DNA of 63,043 nucleotides, the filler included. It is 4 parts of 4 records of this genome, joined end to end, with 100 filler letters (N's around TTAATTAATTAA, not from the genome) between each part and the next. Parts side by side here need not be neighbours in the genome. Positions count along the whole stretch, not along the records: positions 1 to 19,774 come from DRR378314_89; 3 more parts are not named here. One strand, given 5' to 3'. Below are positions 10,388-19,874 of this stretch, piece by piece (within the stretch, counting starts at the first letter, position 1; the number at the start of each line of letters is the position of its first letter). The notes below the pieces were generated by a model. That model was not told where the DNA came from and ran no database searches. It was given only the letters and a program-made list of their open reading frames with translations. The position numbers and the translations under genes are program-made.

Positions 10388-12064
10388 TTATGGGCAAGGG
10401 GTATCTCCCCAAATGTTCCAATTTTTATCATTGATTAAAAAGTCTCTGGCATCAATCATGGCTTGGTCATCACAGTCAATCTGCAGCCCGTCTGCACCCA
10501 GTGTTAGGTTGGAGGGAACATTGGCCTGGGCCGCCCACAATTGCAGAGTGGCCCCATAGTGTACCGGTGACATGCCCGAAAAGTCCAACATCAGGTCCAT
10601 GTCGGTCACATTGGAAATGTCCCATTGACCAAGGTTCCTACTAAAGGAAGTAGCTTCATAGAACATACCATACATATCGGTCACATGGCTTACATCCCAG
10701 CCACCGATGTCTGCATTAAACTCCGTGGTATACCCAAACATCCCGTCCATATTGGTCACACTCCCCGTATCCCAACCGCTGATATCAGCATTAAATGAAG
10801 TGGCACCAACGAACATATTTTTCATATCGGTCACTTGGCTTACATCCCATCCACTTATGTCCCCGTTAAAGGAATTGGCCCCAAGAAACGTCCCGTTCAT
10901 ATCCGTCACATTGCCGGTCTCCCAATTACTAAAATCCCCGTAGAAGGTGGCCCCATCAATTCCCTGATCCCAATATTCCTCCATATTGAACATATTGGCC
11001 AAGCTTGTCACATTGGTGAGGTCAGGGGCATCGGTTGCATTGTAGACCATATTCCCACAATTGAGAAAGGAGGAGAAGAGTTGTTGCCACTGCACGTCCC
11101 CCCACTGCTCCAGGGAGGCAAGTTTCTCCCTGTGCGCACTCAAGCCGATTACAATGGATGGGAATTGTCCCTTTATGGCCACGGTATAGGTGCCGGCCGT
11201 GGCATAGACATGGGCAGGGCTACCCTCGGTAAGCTCTTCCACGGTGCCATCGCCCCAGTCTAAGGTGTAATTATAGTTGTAGGCGGCGCTTGTCAATATG
11301 ACAATCTCCTCTCCATCGGTCTCGGTCTTCCAGGTGGTGATAAAGGAGGCTGGGTCCTCGGCCAGGCTCTCGATCACGTTCTCCACGGTAACTGTAACGG
11401 TGGCCTCGGCACTGTCGGTGCCGTCGGTAACGCTCACGGTAATGCTGTGCTCCGTTGCGGTCTCAAAGTCCAGGTTCTTGCCCTCGGCAAGAGTCAGTTC
11501 CCCGGCCGTGCTTATGGCAAAGAGGTCGTTGTCGTTGGTCTTCATGGCAAAGGAAAGCTCATCCCCATCGGCATCGGTGGCGGTCACCATGCCAATGACA
11601 TCGGATACGGGCAGGTCCTCGGCAACGGTGAACTCCTGTGCCTCGATTACCGGGGCCTCGTTGGTGGTGTCCGGGTCTTCGCCCTCGGGGAGCACCTTGA
11701 TGGTCACGGTAGCACTTGCCTTGGCCTCCCCGTCCGTCACCTCCACGGTGATGCTGTGCTGTGTCTTGCTGTCCGCATCCAGCGTCTTTCCACTGGCCAG
11801 GCTCAGTGCGCCCGCCTTGGTGATCTCAAAGAGATCGCTGTCGTTGGTCTTGATGGCAAAGGTAAGGGCATCGCCGTCCTCATCGGTGGCGGTCACCGTT
11901 CCTATGGTCTTGGAATCGGCAATAGTCTCCTGCACCGTGAACTCCTGCGCCTCGATTACCGGGGCGGTGTTCTTGGGCGGTGTGGGCCCATCGTCCTTGC
12001 CACAGGACCAGAGCAGGGCCGTGGCCATCAGTGCAACACCTAATTTTTTCATGGCATTTTTCAT
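10388..12064 (-). CDS. BspA/DUF285-repeat surface lipoprotein with two cadherin-like domains and a PKD domain
   Basis: Lipobox ALLWSC; two APVIEAQEFTV...ATDxDGD cadherin repeats; YTLDWGDG PKD motif; 25-aa FNxDISGWDVSxVTDMxxMF repeats. Confidence 0.9.
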   Translation of the reverse strand: MKNAMKKLGVALMATALLWSCGKDDGPTPPKNTAPVIEAQEFTVQETIADSKTIGTVTATDEDGDALTFAIKTNDSDLFEITKAGALSLASGKTLDADSKTQHSITVEVTDGEAKASATVTIKVLPEGEDPDTTNEAPVIEAQEFTVAEDLPVSDVIGMVTATDADGDELSFAMKTNDNDLFAISTAGELTLAEGKNLDFETATEHSITVSVTDGTDSAEATVTVTVENVIESLAEDPASFITTWKTETDGEEIVILTSAAYNYNYTLDWGDGTVEELTEGSPAHVYATAGTYTVAIKGQFPSIVIGLSAHREKLASLEQWGDVQWQQLFSSFLNCGNMVYNATDAPDLTNVTSLANMFNMEEYWDQGIDGATFYGDFSNWETGNVTDMNGTFLGANSFNGDISGWDVSQVTDMKNMFVGATSFNADISGWDTGSVTNMDGMFGYTTEFNADIGGWDVSHVTDMYGMFYEATSFSRNLGQWDISNVTDMDLMLDFSGMSPVHYGATLQLWAAQANVPSNLTLGADGLQIDCDDQAMIDARDFLINDKNWNIWGDTPCP

Positions 12065-12136
12065 AATCAAAAAGTTTAATTTCACATAAAATATCATAAC
12101 AAGATGGGGAATGCGCATGAAAGTTTTGGGCACGAT

Positions 12137-12187
12137 CTAACGGATGCCCCGTTCGGGTTGATGGATGTGTGGTTTGGGTTGACGGAT
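12137..12187 (-). promoter_or_regulatory. Three 9-bp direct repeats with 21-bp period (LytTR-type operator geometry)
   Basis: + strand ctaacggat (12137), ttgatggat (12158), ttgacggat (12179). Confidence 0.65.
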
Positions 12188-12195
12188 TGGGTCTT

Positions 12196-12742
12196 CGGGT
12201 TGCGCGTTGCGGGATTCAGGATGCGAGTTGAAGGTTCAAGAGCAGGGAAAATAGACAAGAGAGACAAGAACCAAGAGCCAAGACACAAGAAACGACTTCG
12301 AGTATCGGGCATCGAGCTTTCAATTGTAAATACCAAAAAACAAATCCCAAATTCCAGTAGGCGGTTAGCAGTTGGCAGTTGGCAGTCAAAAAAGTTCAAG
12401 TTCAAGAGTGGAGAAAATAGAAAATGGGCAAGAGACAATGGACAATGACCAATTAATAATTAACAATGAACAGGAGAAAAGAAACCCTTAACCCTTAACC
12501 TTTGCCCCAAGAACCGACTTCGAGCACCGATTGACAAACTCTAAGGATCAAATTACAAAACCAGTAAGCAGTAGGCAGTCCATAGAGTTCAAGTTTAAGA
12601 GTAAAGAAAAGAGAGCCAAGAACCAAGACATAAGACTTCGTGCTTCGAGCTTCCGACTAAGTTATTGGGTTGTTCGGTTATTCAGTTACTGCCAAGTGCT
12701 TACTTCAACTGCGCACTGCCGACTGACCTCCAATATCAAACA
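12196..12742. repeat. Composite array of about ten different 6-8-mer tandem repeat families
   Basis: Successive runs of cgggttg, aaccaag, ggcatcg, caaatcc, cagttgg, aagttc, caatgac, accctta, gttattca and actgccg types. Confidence 0.85.
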
Positions 12743-13395
12743 TGCTCCTCCAACCACTTTTTAAAAGAAAAGAAGTTCTGCTGTGAAACACCATGCCCTA
12801 TTGGAAACTCATGATAGGTAGTTGAAATTTTCAATTTTTTCAGGAATTCTGGTGACTTTTCTGCCCATTCCAAAGGAATTACTTGGTCCACTTGCCCATG
12901 GGATACATAGAAGTTTAGATCGCTATGGTCTTTTTGCGCATAATCATCCACCAAAATATTTTCGTTGATGTATCCGCTAAGAGCAACTACATTTCTCACT
13001 TTTTCCGGATAGGATAAGGCAACAGCATAACTCAAAATGGTTCCTTGACTAAAGCCTAAAAGGGTAATGTTGGCTTTATCAATATCATATGCCTCAATGG
13101 CTTCATCAATAAAGGCGACAATTCTTTCCCTCGATTCCTTGGCTTGTTCATCATCGCTCCACTTCCCTTGTTCCGCATCAAAATTTATGGCATACCAAGC
13201 ATGTCCAAAAGGTTCCAAGCTATAGGGAGCTTTTACTGAAATTACCATAAACTCACCGGGCAATTCCGAAGCAAACGAAAAAAGGTCTTCCTCATTACTG
13301 CCATAGCCATGAAACATAAACAATGCAGGGACTTTTCCAGAGACTTTGGATGAAGGTCGTAGTAAATAGTCTAGCGAAAGGGGTTTAAGGGACAT
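12736..13395 (-). CDS. Phospholipase/carboxylesterase (alpha/beta hydrolase)
   Basis: HGYGSN, GFSQG nucleophile elbow, D-x-V and GH catalytic residues. Confidence 0.9.
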   Translation of the reverse strand: MSLKPLSLDYLLRPSSKVSGKVPALFMFHGYGSNEEDLFSFASELPGEFMVISVKAPYSLEPFGHAWYAINFDAEQGKWSDDEQAKESRERIVAFIDEAIEAYDIDKANITLLGFSQGTILSYAVALSYPEKVRNVVALSGYINENILVDDYAQKDHSDLNFYVSHGQVDQVIPLEWAEKSPEFLKKLKISTTYHEFPIGHGVSQQNFFSFKKWLEEHV

Positions 13396-13404
13396 TAGTA
13401 TAAT

Positions 13405-13728
13405 TTATGATATGAATGTGAACCATTTTTGAAAGTACTTGCCCAATATAGGCAATGGTCGTGTCTTTTCGTTCAAGGCTTGTAGAAAACCATACACCCA
13501 AATGATAAGATAAAAAAGGTAAATAACAATGGATAGGTATGCCAACCCAGTATATGTTAACAATATAGCCAAGGCATGAAAAAGCACATGGATACCAAAA
13601 GCCTGCCGGGTATGAAAACGGGCAAAGTCATTTTTTGGTTCAATGTTCATGGTAATGGCGATCAAGCAACCTACGATCGTTATATATGCCACAATTGCAG
13701 TTGTTTTTCCCGGTGTGGAATTACTCAT
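13405..13728 (-). CDS. DUF4870-like three-TM membrane protein
   Basis: FARFHTRQA and PLPILG motifs; hydrophobic segments. Confidence 0.75.
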   Translation of the reverse strand: MSNSTPGKTTAIVAYITIVGCLIAITMNIEPKNDFARFHTRQAFGIHVLFHALAILLTYTGLAYLSIVIYLFYLIIWVYGFLQALNEKTRPLPILGKYFQKWFTFIS

Positions 13729-14981
13729 TATAAAATGCTTTGATCATTGTTTATTATTCCGTAAACTTTTCCCTTTAAGGTAGCGCCCAAGAACATGCTG
13801 TTTGTGGATGTGGAAAGTATATCATTTGTGTCAAAAGTGTACTCTACATCCGGATTAAAGAGCGTTAAACACGCTTTCGATCCTTCTTTTAGTTTGGGTG
13901 TTTCAATGTGGAAGCGAGAGCGTCCTTTGGTCAAGAATCCAATGGTCTCTTCAAGTTCAAAAATAGTATTTAGCCCTCCGAAAGCGGATTCCAGACCAAG
14001 GCTACCACTTTTTGCATTGTCGAACTCCACACGCTTGTGCTCAATGTCTATGGGTATATGGTCAGAGGTCACAAAATCTATCGTTCCGTTTTTAACTCCT
14101 TTGATCAAGGCCTTGCTATCGGATTTGGTGCGCAAGGGCGGGGATACCCTAAAATGTGTGTCAAAACCTTCAAGTGTTTCGTCGGAAAAGAAAAGATTGT
14201 GAACTGCAACGCTGCAGCTTACATCCAATCCTTTTTTCTTGGCATCGGCAATCAATTTTACCGAACCAGCTGAAGAAATCGTGGGTATATGCAATTTACC
14301 ACCTGTATATTCCAAAATAAAGAGGTCACGGGCTATCTGTAATTCTTCTGAAAGTGCAGGAATTCCCTTGAGTCCAAGTTTGGTTGAGACCTCCCCTTCG
14401 TGGGCCACACCTTTTCCTTTGATGTCGCCATCCTGTGGAAAGGAATACACCAAGCCATCAAAATTTTGGGCGTACAGCAATGCTATTTTTAGCAAATTGG
14501 GATTAGAAATCTGTTTTTTGAAATCGTAGAAAGCTACGGCTCCAGCATTTTTCATATCAAAAAGCTCCGCAAGATCTATCCCATCGGCATTCTTGGTCAA
14601 CGTACCCAAAGGATAAATTTTTGTAACCTTACCTATTCCGCGTTCTTTTAAGAATACAACATCGGAGCTGGTGTCGGGTACGGGATTGGTGTTTGGATTC
14701 AGCACAATATCGGTAAATCCACTTTTACCTGCCGTGAACAATCCGTTTGCAATGGTTTCCCGTTCCTCAAATCCGGGCTCCCCAAAACTTACGCTGCTAT
14801 CAAACCAACCGAGGGAAACGTGTAGATTTTCTTTTTCCACTACTTTGGTGTTGGTGGCAGCTTCCAAAGAGGTAGCAATCTTTTCAATGATGCCTTTTTT
14901 TATAAGGATATCACGCTTTTTTAGGTGAAGTTCCTTGTTTTCTGGGCATACAATTTTTGCAGACTTCAGCAGAATGTTCAT
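13728..14981 (-). CDS. Dihydroorotase-like protein (probably catalytically inactive, PyrC'-type)
   Basis: EPGFEERETI, PNTNP, PPLR, SDHIP present, but the metal-binding DxHxH reads DSSVS. Confidence 0.8.
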   Translation of the reverse strand: MNILLKSAKIVCPENKELHLKKRDILIKKGIIEKIATSLEAATNTKVVEKENLHVSLGWFDSSVSFGEPGFEERETIANGLFTAGKSGFTDIVLNPNTNPVPDTSSDVVFLKERGIGKVTKIYPLGTLTKNADGIDLAELFDMKNAGAVAFYDFKKQISNPNLLKIALLYAQNFDGLVYSFPQDGDIKGKGVAHEGEVSTKLGLKGIPALSEELQIARDLFILEYTGGKLHIPTISSAGSVKLIADAKKKGLDVSCSVAVHNLFFSDETLEGFDTHFRVSPPLRTKSDSKALIKGVKNGTIDFVTSDHIPIDIEHKRVEFDNAKSGSLGLESAFGGLNTIFELEETIGFLTKGRSRFHIETPKLKEGSKACLTLFNPDVEYTFDTNDILSTSTNSMFLGATLKGKVYGIINNDQSIL

Positions 14982-16900
14982 GTAACAAATTTTTGAATGA
15001 GTACCTCAATAAGTGCCAGAAGCAGCGCTAAAATAACAAACCATTTCCAATATGCGGTAATGTTGTTCTCCGCTTTCAGGTATTCGAAAAGCTCCGGAAT
15101 GGAATCAATGGTATTTACATTTGCCAAGATTCCGATATCCAAATAGTTGAGTTGACTTTCCGTTCTTGGGTAATTAAAACTAATGTTCTGCACAGCTTGC
15201 CCGTTCTGCCGAATAGAATAAATGCCATCTTCAGTGGGGTTTTGGTCAAAAGTCAACCTAACCCTATTTGGGAAAGTTTGTTGCAACGGAATAAATTCAT
15301 AACCTTCTTTGGACACTGCCAAAATATCGTCGTTGCCTATTTGAACCGAAATATCCACCGTGCTCGAGGCTCCAAGGGTTTGATAAGGCTTGGGTACTTG
15401 CAAACTAGTTTGCGCCATATTGTAAAAAGTGGGCACAATCAATGGTGAATTGATAAAATTTGAATTTTTCAATGCCAGAGGAACCCCAAAAATATAAAGT
15501 CCATTCTCTCCAGCTAAAAAGATATCACCTCCATCCAATGACAAAGCCAAAGGTAGACTGGTCTGTATTTTAAAGTACTCTTTTACGGACGGATATTGAA
15601 AATTGGTTACTTCCCGCTCAAAAACATCGCGGTACAATGGATGGTCAAACGTTATATTGGTCAATTGGGCATCGGAAGTTATCCTTTCCAAAAGTTGTGC
15701 TGCAGTTAAGCTGGACAACAAGCTATTGTAGGACTGGATGTCGCTATCGATTGCAGGGACAATAATTAGGGTACCGCCATCATTTTTAAAAGTACGCAGG
15801 ATATTCTGAAGGCTGCTTGGTATTGTGGATAAATCATCCAAAATCACTACATTTTGATTGTCCAAATTACTGTAATCCAATTGGTTCAATGCATACTTCT
15901 GAAAATCGAACTCATCACTGCGAAACAAACGGTTTAGATAATCGCTGTTTGATTCGCTGATGGCAAGCACCTTTATTTTTTCTTTGGAATTGATGTTGAA
16001 GTAGAATTGGTTATCATAGCCCAAAGCATTATCGATAATACTCAATCGTCCGTTCAAAGCTTCATTTACGGGAATGGTAAACTCGACTTTTGCGCCTCCA
16101 TCTGACTTAAATTTTGCTGCCGTTTTGGCAATCAATTCATCATTGTTATATAATGAAATAGGCAAGACCTCATTTTCATTACCTCCGGATAGAAAGACTT
16201 GGAGCATAGCCTGTTCGTTCAACCCATCGTCAACAAATACAGAATCTATGGAAACATTTTGGACTTCCCGGGGCTGCATCGGAACAAAGTATGCCGCTAA
16301 GGTGGAATCCATCGAACTCTTGCCTGAAGCCATTCTTTCTTGAAAGTCAGAAACCACAATCAGGTTTTTTATGCTGCTGTTACTTTGGGAAAACAGGCTT
16401 GCGGCCTTTAGGCCAATTTCATTCAAATCCAGTTGTTTGTAGGAGTAGGGGAGCGAGAGCAATGTATTCCGAATATCTCCTACTCGAATATTATTGTATG
16501 TTTTTTCGTTGGTGAAGAGACTGAACTCTGTTTCTTCGTCAATATTTTTAATAAAACCCTGCACTGCTTTTTCCAAAAGTGAAATACCATTGTTTTTGGC
16601 CTGCATACTGAAAGAATCGTCCAAATAGACCACAGTTTCCTTTTCCATAAGCGCAGTAGTGGCAGAAGTGAAGGGTTGCGCAAAGGCAATGATGATGGCA
16701 GCTAGGAGTAAAAGTCGCGTTAACAGAAGCAGCCATTTTTTTAGCGTATTGCTTTTTCTGGACTCCGAAACCACCTTTTGCAGCATTGCCACATTGGTGA
16801 ACGGGGTTTTGGTAAAGCGTCGTAACTGGAATAAATGAATTAATATGGGTATGACTAGAAGAAAAAGTGCCCAAAGAATTTCTGGATGTTTAAACTGCAT
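14978..16900 (-). CDS. BatA-type N-terminal double-TM / vWA domain protein
   Basis: IPILIHLF...LLLTRLLL...AFAQP; YLDDSFSM vWA motif; C-terminal WKWF TM. Confidence 0.85.
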   Translation of the reverse strand: MQFKHPEILWALFLLVIPILIHLFQLRRFTKTPFTNVAMLQKVVSESRKSNTLKKWLLLLTRLLLLAAIIIAFAQPFTSATTALMEKETVVYLDDSFSMQAKNNGISLLEKAVQGFIKNIDEETEFSLFTNEKTYNNIRVGDIRNTLLSLPYSYKQLDLNEIGLKAASLFSQSNSSIKNLIVVSDFQERMASGKSSMDSTLAAYFVPMQPREVQNVSIDSVFVDDGLNEQAMLQVFLSGGNENEVLPISLYNNDELIAKTAAKFKSDGGAKVEFTIPVNEALNGRLSIIDNALGYDNQFYFNINSKEKIKVLAISESNSDYLNRLFRSDEFDFQKYALNQLDYSNLDNQNVVILDDLSTIPSSLQNILRTFKNDGGTLIIVPAIDSDIQSYNSLLSSLTAAQLLERITSDAQLTNITFDHPLYRDVFEREVTNFQYPSVKEYFKIQTSLPLALSLDGGDIFLAGENGLYIFGVPLALKNSNFINSPLIVPTFYNMAQTSLQVPKPYQTLGASSTVDISVQIGNDDILAVSKEGYEFIPLQQTFPNRVRLTFDQNPTEDGIYSIRQNGQAVQNISFNYPRTESQLNYLDIGILANVNTIDSIPELFEYLKAENNITAYWKWFVILALLLALIEVLIQKFVT

Positions 16901-16954
16901 TCCCAACATTGCTTGATCAAAGATAGGCATTAAAACATTCTGATTTTAATCTTC

Positions 16955-17350
16955 ATTTATCAATTGTCAATGACCAACGACCAATGAACAATAACCAATG
17001 AACAATTAGCATTAAACCTATTGGCATTCTGAGCGCAGTTGAGAAATCGAGATTCTTCGGTCGCTTTGCTTCCTCAGAATGACAGTGTTTAAACAATAAT
17101 AAATGTCATTCTGAACGCAGTGAAGAATCTCTTCCTCACCCTGTTTCGATAATTATCGGAATTGTTTCAGGGTCTCATATCAGGTGGTTTTCATATCATG
17201 CTTCGACTACACTCAGCATCCGCGTGCAATGAACCATGTACTTGTCATTCTGAGCAAAGCGAAGAATCTCTTTTGACACGAATTTCACAAATGTCTCGAA
17301 TATTTACCCATGATTTCGAACGCTTCCGATAGTTATCGGGACGAGAAATC
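16955..17350. repeat. Dense cluster of 7-mer tandem repeats and nested GTCA-footed palindromes
   Basis: aatgacc/aatgaac run; gtcattctgaacgcagtgaagaatct; gtcattctgagcaaagcgaagaatct; gattcttcggtcgc...cagaatgac; two cgata(a/g)ttatcgg palindromes. Confidence 0.85.
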
Positions 17351-17370
17351 CAATTTGAAACAGCTTAGAA

Positions 17371-18378
17371 TCAACAAAAAAAGAAATAATCCTGCATCGG
17401 CGATTGCCCCAACCGGGAAAAATATATCCTGATTTCTTTTTGGGCATCTTCATTCGCCACAGTGATAATACTTTGCGGATTATCCAATCCTTGCAATGCC
17501 TCAAAATGGACGAGTTCTTTGCCGTAAATACTTTTTCCTATCTTTTTTGGGTTGTCGCAAAGCCAAACAAAATCCAATCCTTGTTTTTTCAGCCCTTTTG
17601 CAATCTTCTTCCCCTTAAATCCAGCACCCCAAACCACCAACGGGCGGGCTTGGTCGTGGTTCAATTTTAAAAAATAATGGAGTTTGATGTCCAAAAAATA
17701 ATTTTGGGCATAATGTTCGTGGGTGCGCGATGTACGTGTATCATAATCCCGCCATAGGTGCAATACTTGGTCGCAAGGAATAATTTGAAACCCATGCTCA
17801 TAAAATCTAAAAGTCAGGTCGTAATCTTCCGGATAGCGTTGGGGTTCAAAACCTTCGCACTTTTCAAAATCTGCACGATGTGTCATCCAACAAGGGGATG
17901 GAATTACGCACTCTTTATAAATTTCATCAAAATTATGTCCGGAGGACGTCAATCGGTTCAACCATTGCTCATACCGTTCATAACCGTTACTGATGCCACG
18001 GTTGGAAAAATATTTCACTTGTCCAACGGCAACACGCCCCTTCCCGTTTTCATTTAATGAGTTTATCATGACCTCTAATCGATTTGGCTTCATGATATCG
18101 TCTGAATCCATTCGTGTGACAAAGTCACCATTGCTATTGGCATAACCGGTTTGAAGTGCAGGAATAATTCCCGAACTTTTATTTTGAAAGACTTTAATAC
18201 GTTCATCTTTTAGGGAGTAGGAGGAAAGAAGCGCATAACTTTCATCGGAAGAATGGTCGTTCACGGCCAATACTTCCCAGTTGGAATAGGATTGATTCAC
18301 AATGGAGTCCAAACATTCGGGAAGAAAATGTGCAGTGTTTTTAAAAGGAATTATGATGCTAACCTTACCGTTTTGCAT
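17371..18378 (-). CDS. Glycosyltransferase family 2
   Basis: VSIIIP, VNDHSSD, MDSDD (DxD), EDYD. Confidence 0.9.
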   Translation of the reverse strand: MQNGKVSIIIPFKNTAHFLPECLDSIVNQSYSNWEVLAVNDHSSDESYALLSSYSLKDERIKVFQNKSSGIIPALQTGYANSNGDFVTRMDSDDIMKPNRLEVMINSLNENGKGRVAVGQVKYFSNRGISNGYERYEQWLNRLTSSGHNFDEIYKECVIPSPCWMTHRADFEKCEGFEPQRYPEDYDLTFRFYEHGFQIIPCDQVLHLWRDYDTRTSRTHEHYAQNYFLDIKLHYFLKLNHDQARPLVVWGAGFKGKKIAKGLKKQGLDFVWLCDNPKKIGKSIYGKELVHFEALQGLDNPQSIITVANEDAQKEIRIYFSRLGQSPMQDYFFFC

Positions 18379-18410
18379 GCTGCAAGGTAACTAATTCATG
18401 AGAAGTAATC

Positions 18411-18806
18411 TTAAGTGAACGGAAGCAAATCGGGCTCCAAATAGGTTGTTTTTGCTTTTGGGTCAGAAATTACTTCTTCACCATAATGTAGAGACAGCAA
18501 TTCTTTGAATGAGGTAATCAGTTTGGGAAATTCAACTATAAATTCTTCAAAAGTGGTCGCAGTTGATTTCTGCCTAAAATGATGTACCACTTTTACTGCG
18601 GCCACAGTTAAGGTGGTGTGATATTTAGTGCCATCTCCATGTAATCGATCAAAATTCTTGATGGCTTCACAAGTTTTTGCAATGGCAGTTTCTTCACGGA
18701 ATTGTTCTAGATAAATCCAAGCCAATTTTATATGAGCTGTATGATTGAACTGCTCTGGTGGAAATTTCCCTGTTTCAAATGCTTGGATGAAATCAGCATT
18801 TTCCAT
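18411..18806 (-). CDS. Hypothetical protein
   Basis: FNHTAHIKLAW...KYHTTLT...EPDLLP; start immediately after the SGNH stop. Confidence 0.7.
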   Translation of the reverse strand: MENADFIQAFETGKFPPEQFNHTAHIKLAWIYLEQFREETAIAKTCEAIKNFDRLHGDGTKYHTTLTVAAVKVVHHFRQKSTATTFEEFIVEFPKLITSFKELLSLHYGEEVISDPKAKTTYLEPDLLPFT

Positions 18807-18807
18807 T

Positions 18808-19503
18808 TTATTTACTTTTAAGAGTTTTGTCAATGGCTTCTTTTACCATTGTTTCCATGATACCATAACCAGCTTTGGTCACATGTACTTCGTCTGTGGT
18901 CAATTCGGATGGGAGTCCGTTTCTATCATCGGCCATTTCCGAGAAATAATCCAAGTACATTACTCCTTGGGCTTCTGTCATATTCTTGAGCATGCTGTTA
19001 AGCTTTGGAATTTTGATATTGGGTTCCAAACCTGGACGCCATGGATAATCGTAAGCCGGAAGTACAGAACAAACTATCGGTTTAATACTGTTTGCTTTTG
19101 CCAATTCTACCATAGAAAGGATATTATCATGTATTTGCTCCAGCGTCATTGGGCCTGTATTACCGGCAATATCGTTGGTTCCAGCTAAAATAACCACCAC
19201 TTTTGGGTTTAGGTCAATCACATCTTGACGGAAACGGAGCAACATCTGTGGAGTGGTCTGTCCACCTATTCCACGATTCACATAAGGATGCTCTTTAAAA
19301 AACTCTGGATGAGCCCCTATCCACATTTCGGTAATGGAATTGCCCATAAAAACCACGCGATTTTCTCCGGTTGAAGGGGCGGAAAGTTCAGCATTGGCGT
19401 TTTTATATTTTTCCAAATTGGGCCAATCTTGGGCTTTAATTTTGGAAGTAATCGTCAATCCTAAGAACGAAAGCATAAGACAGAGTATGGTTTGTTTTTT
19501 CAC
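18808..19503 (-). CDS. SGNH/GDSL hydrolase (secreted)
   Basis: FMGNSITE, NRGIGG, AGTND, DEVH. Confidence 0.92.
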   Translation of the reverse strand: MKKQTILCLMLSFLGLTITSKIKAQDWPNLEKYKNANAELSAPSTGENRVVFMGNSITEMWIGAHPEFFKEHPYVNRGIGGQTTPQMLLRFRQDVIDLNPKVVVILAGTNDIAGNTGPMTLEQIHDNILSMVELAKANSIKPIVCSVLPAYDYPWRPGLEPNIKIPKLNSMLKNMTEAQGVMYLDYFSEMADDRNGLPSELTTDEVHVTKAGYGIMETMVKEAIDKTLKSK

Positions 19504-19554
19504 TATGTGCGATTTTTGTTAAAAATAGGGATTTTCAATCAAAGTGATTTGAAT

Positions 19555-19592
19555 AAAAAAGCGGTATGATTGCTATTGAGTCATACCGCTTT
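19555..19592 (-). terminator. Intrinsic terminator-like hairpin
   Basis: aaaaaagcggtatga...tcataccgcttt. Confidence 0.6.
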
Positions 19593-19643
19593 AAAATTTA
19601 TCAATACCATTATATATTTTAAGGGTTTCTTGATTCAGAAACC

Positions 19644-19774
19644 GTCATTTCGAGTGAAATTCCAGAGGGATTTTGTATAGAGAAATCAAAGATTCGGCAC
19701 AGCTAATTGTTTTTTGGCCTTGAGATTCTGGTTCTCGATACGATTTTTCTTTGGTTTCGACTTTAGTTTATCCT
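19644..19774. repeat. Long-type GTCA-footed palindromic repeat at the contig end
   Basis: gtcatttcgagtgaaattcc...gagaaatc and gttctcgatacgattttt; related copies at 26929, 40428 and 49789. Confidence 0.75.
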
Positions 19775-19874
19775 NNNNNNNNNNNNNNNNNNNNNNNNNN
19801 NNNNNNNNNNNNNNNNNNTTAATTAATTAANNNNNNNNNNNNNNNNNNNNNNNNNNNNNNNNNNNNNNNNNNNN
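19775..19874. other. Artificial contig linker
   Basis: 44 N + TTAATTAATTAA + 44 N. Confidence 0.99.

Noticed and set aside
9920-12764. ORFs 9920-10135, 10228-10431, 12094-12448 and 12531-12764
   Set aside because: Translations of repeat arrays with low-complexity periodic sequence
16955-17350. Possible CRISPR array
   Set aside because: Units are degenerate, in both orientations and irregularly spaced; no cas genes
19819-19830. TTAATTAATTAA palindrome and the apparent leuS truncation
   Set aside because: Artificial all-frame stop linker; leuS is cut by assembly, not a pseudogene
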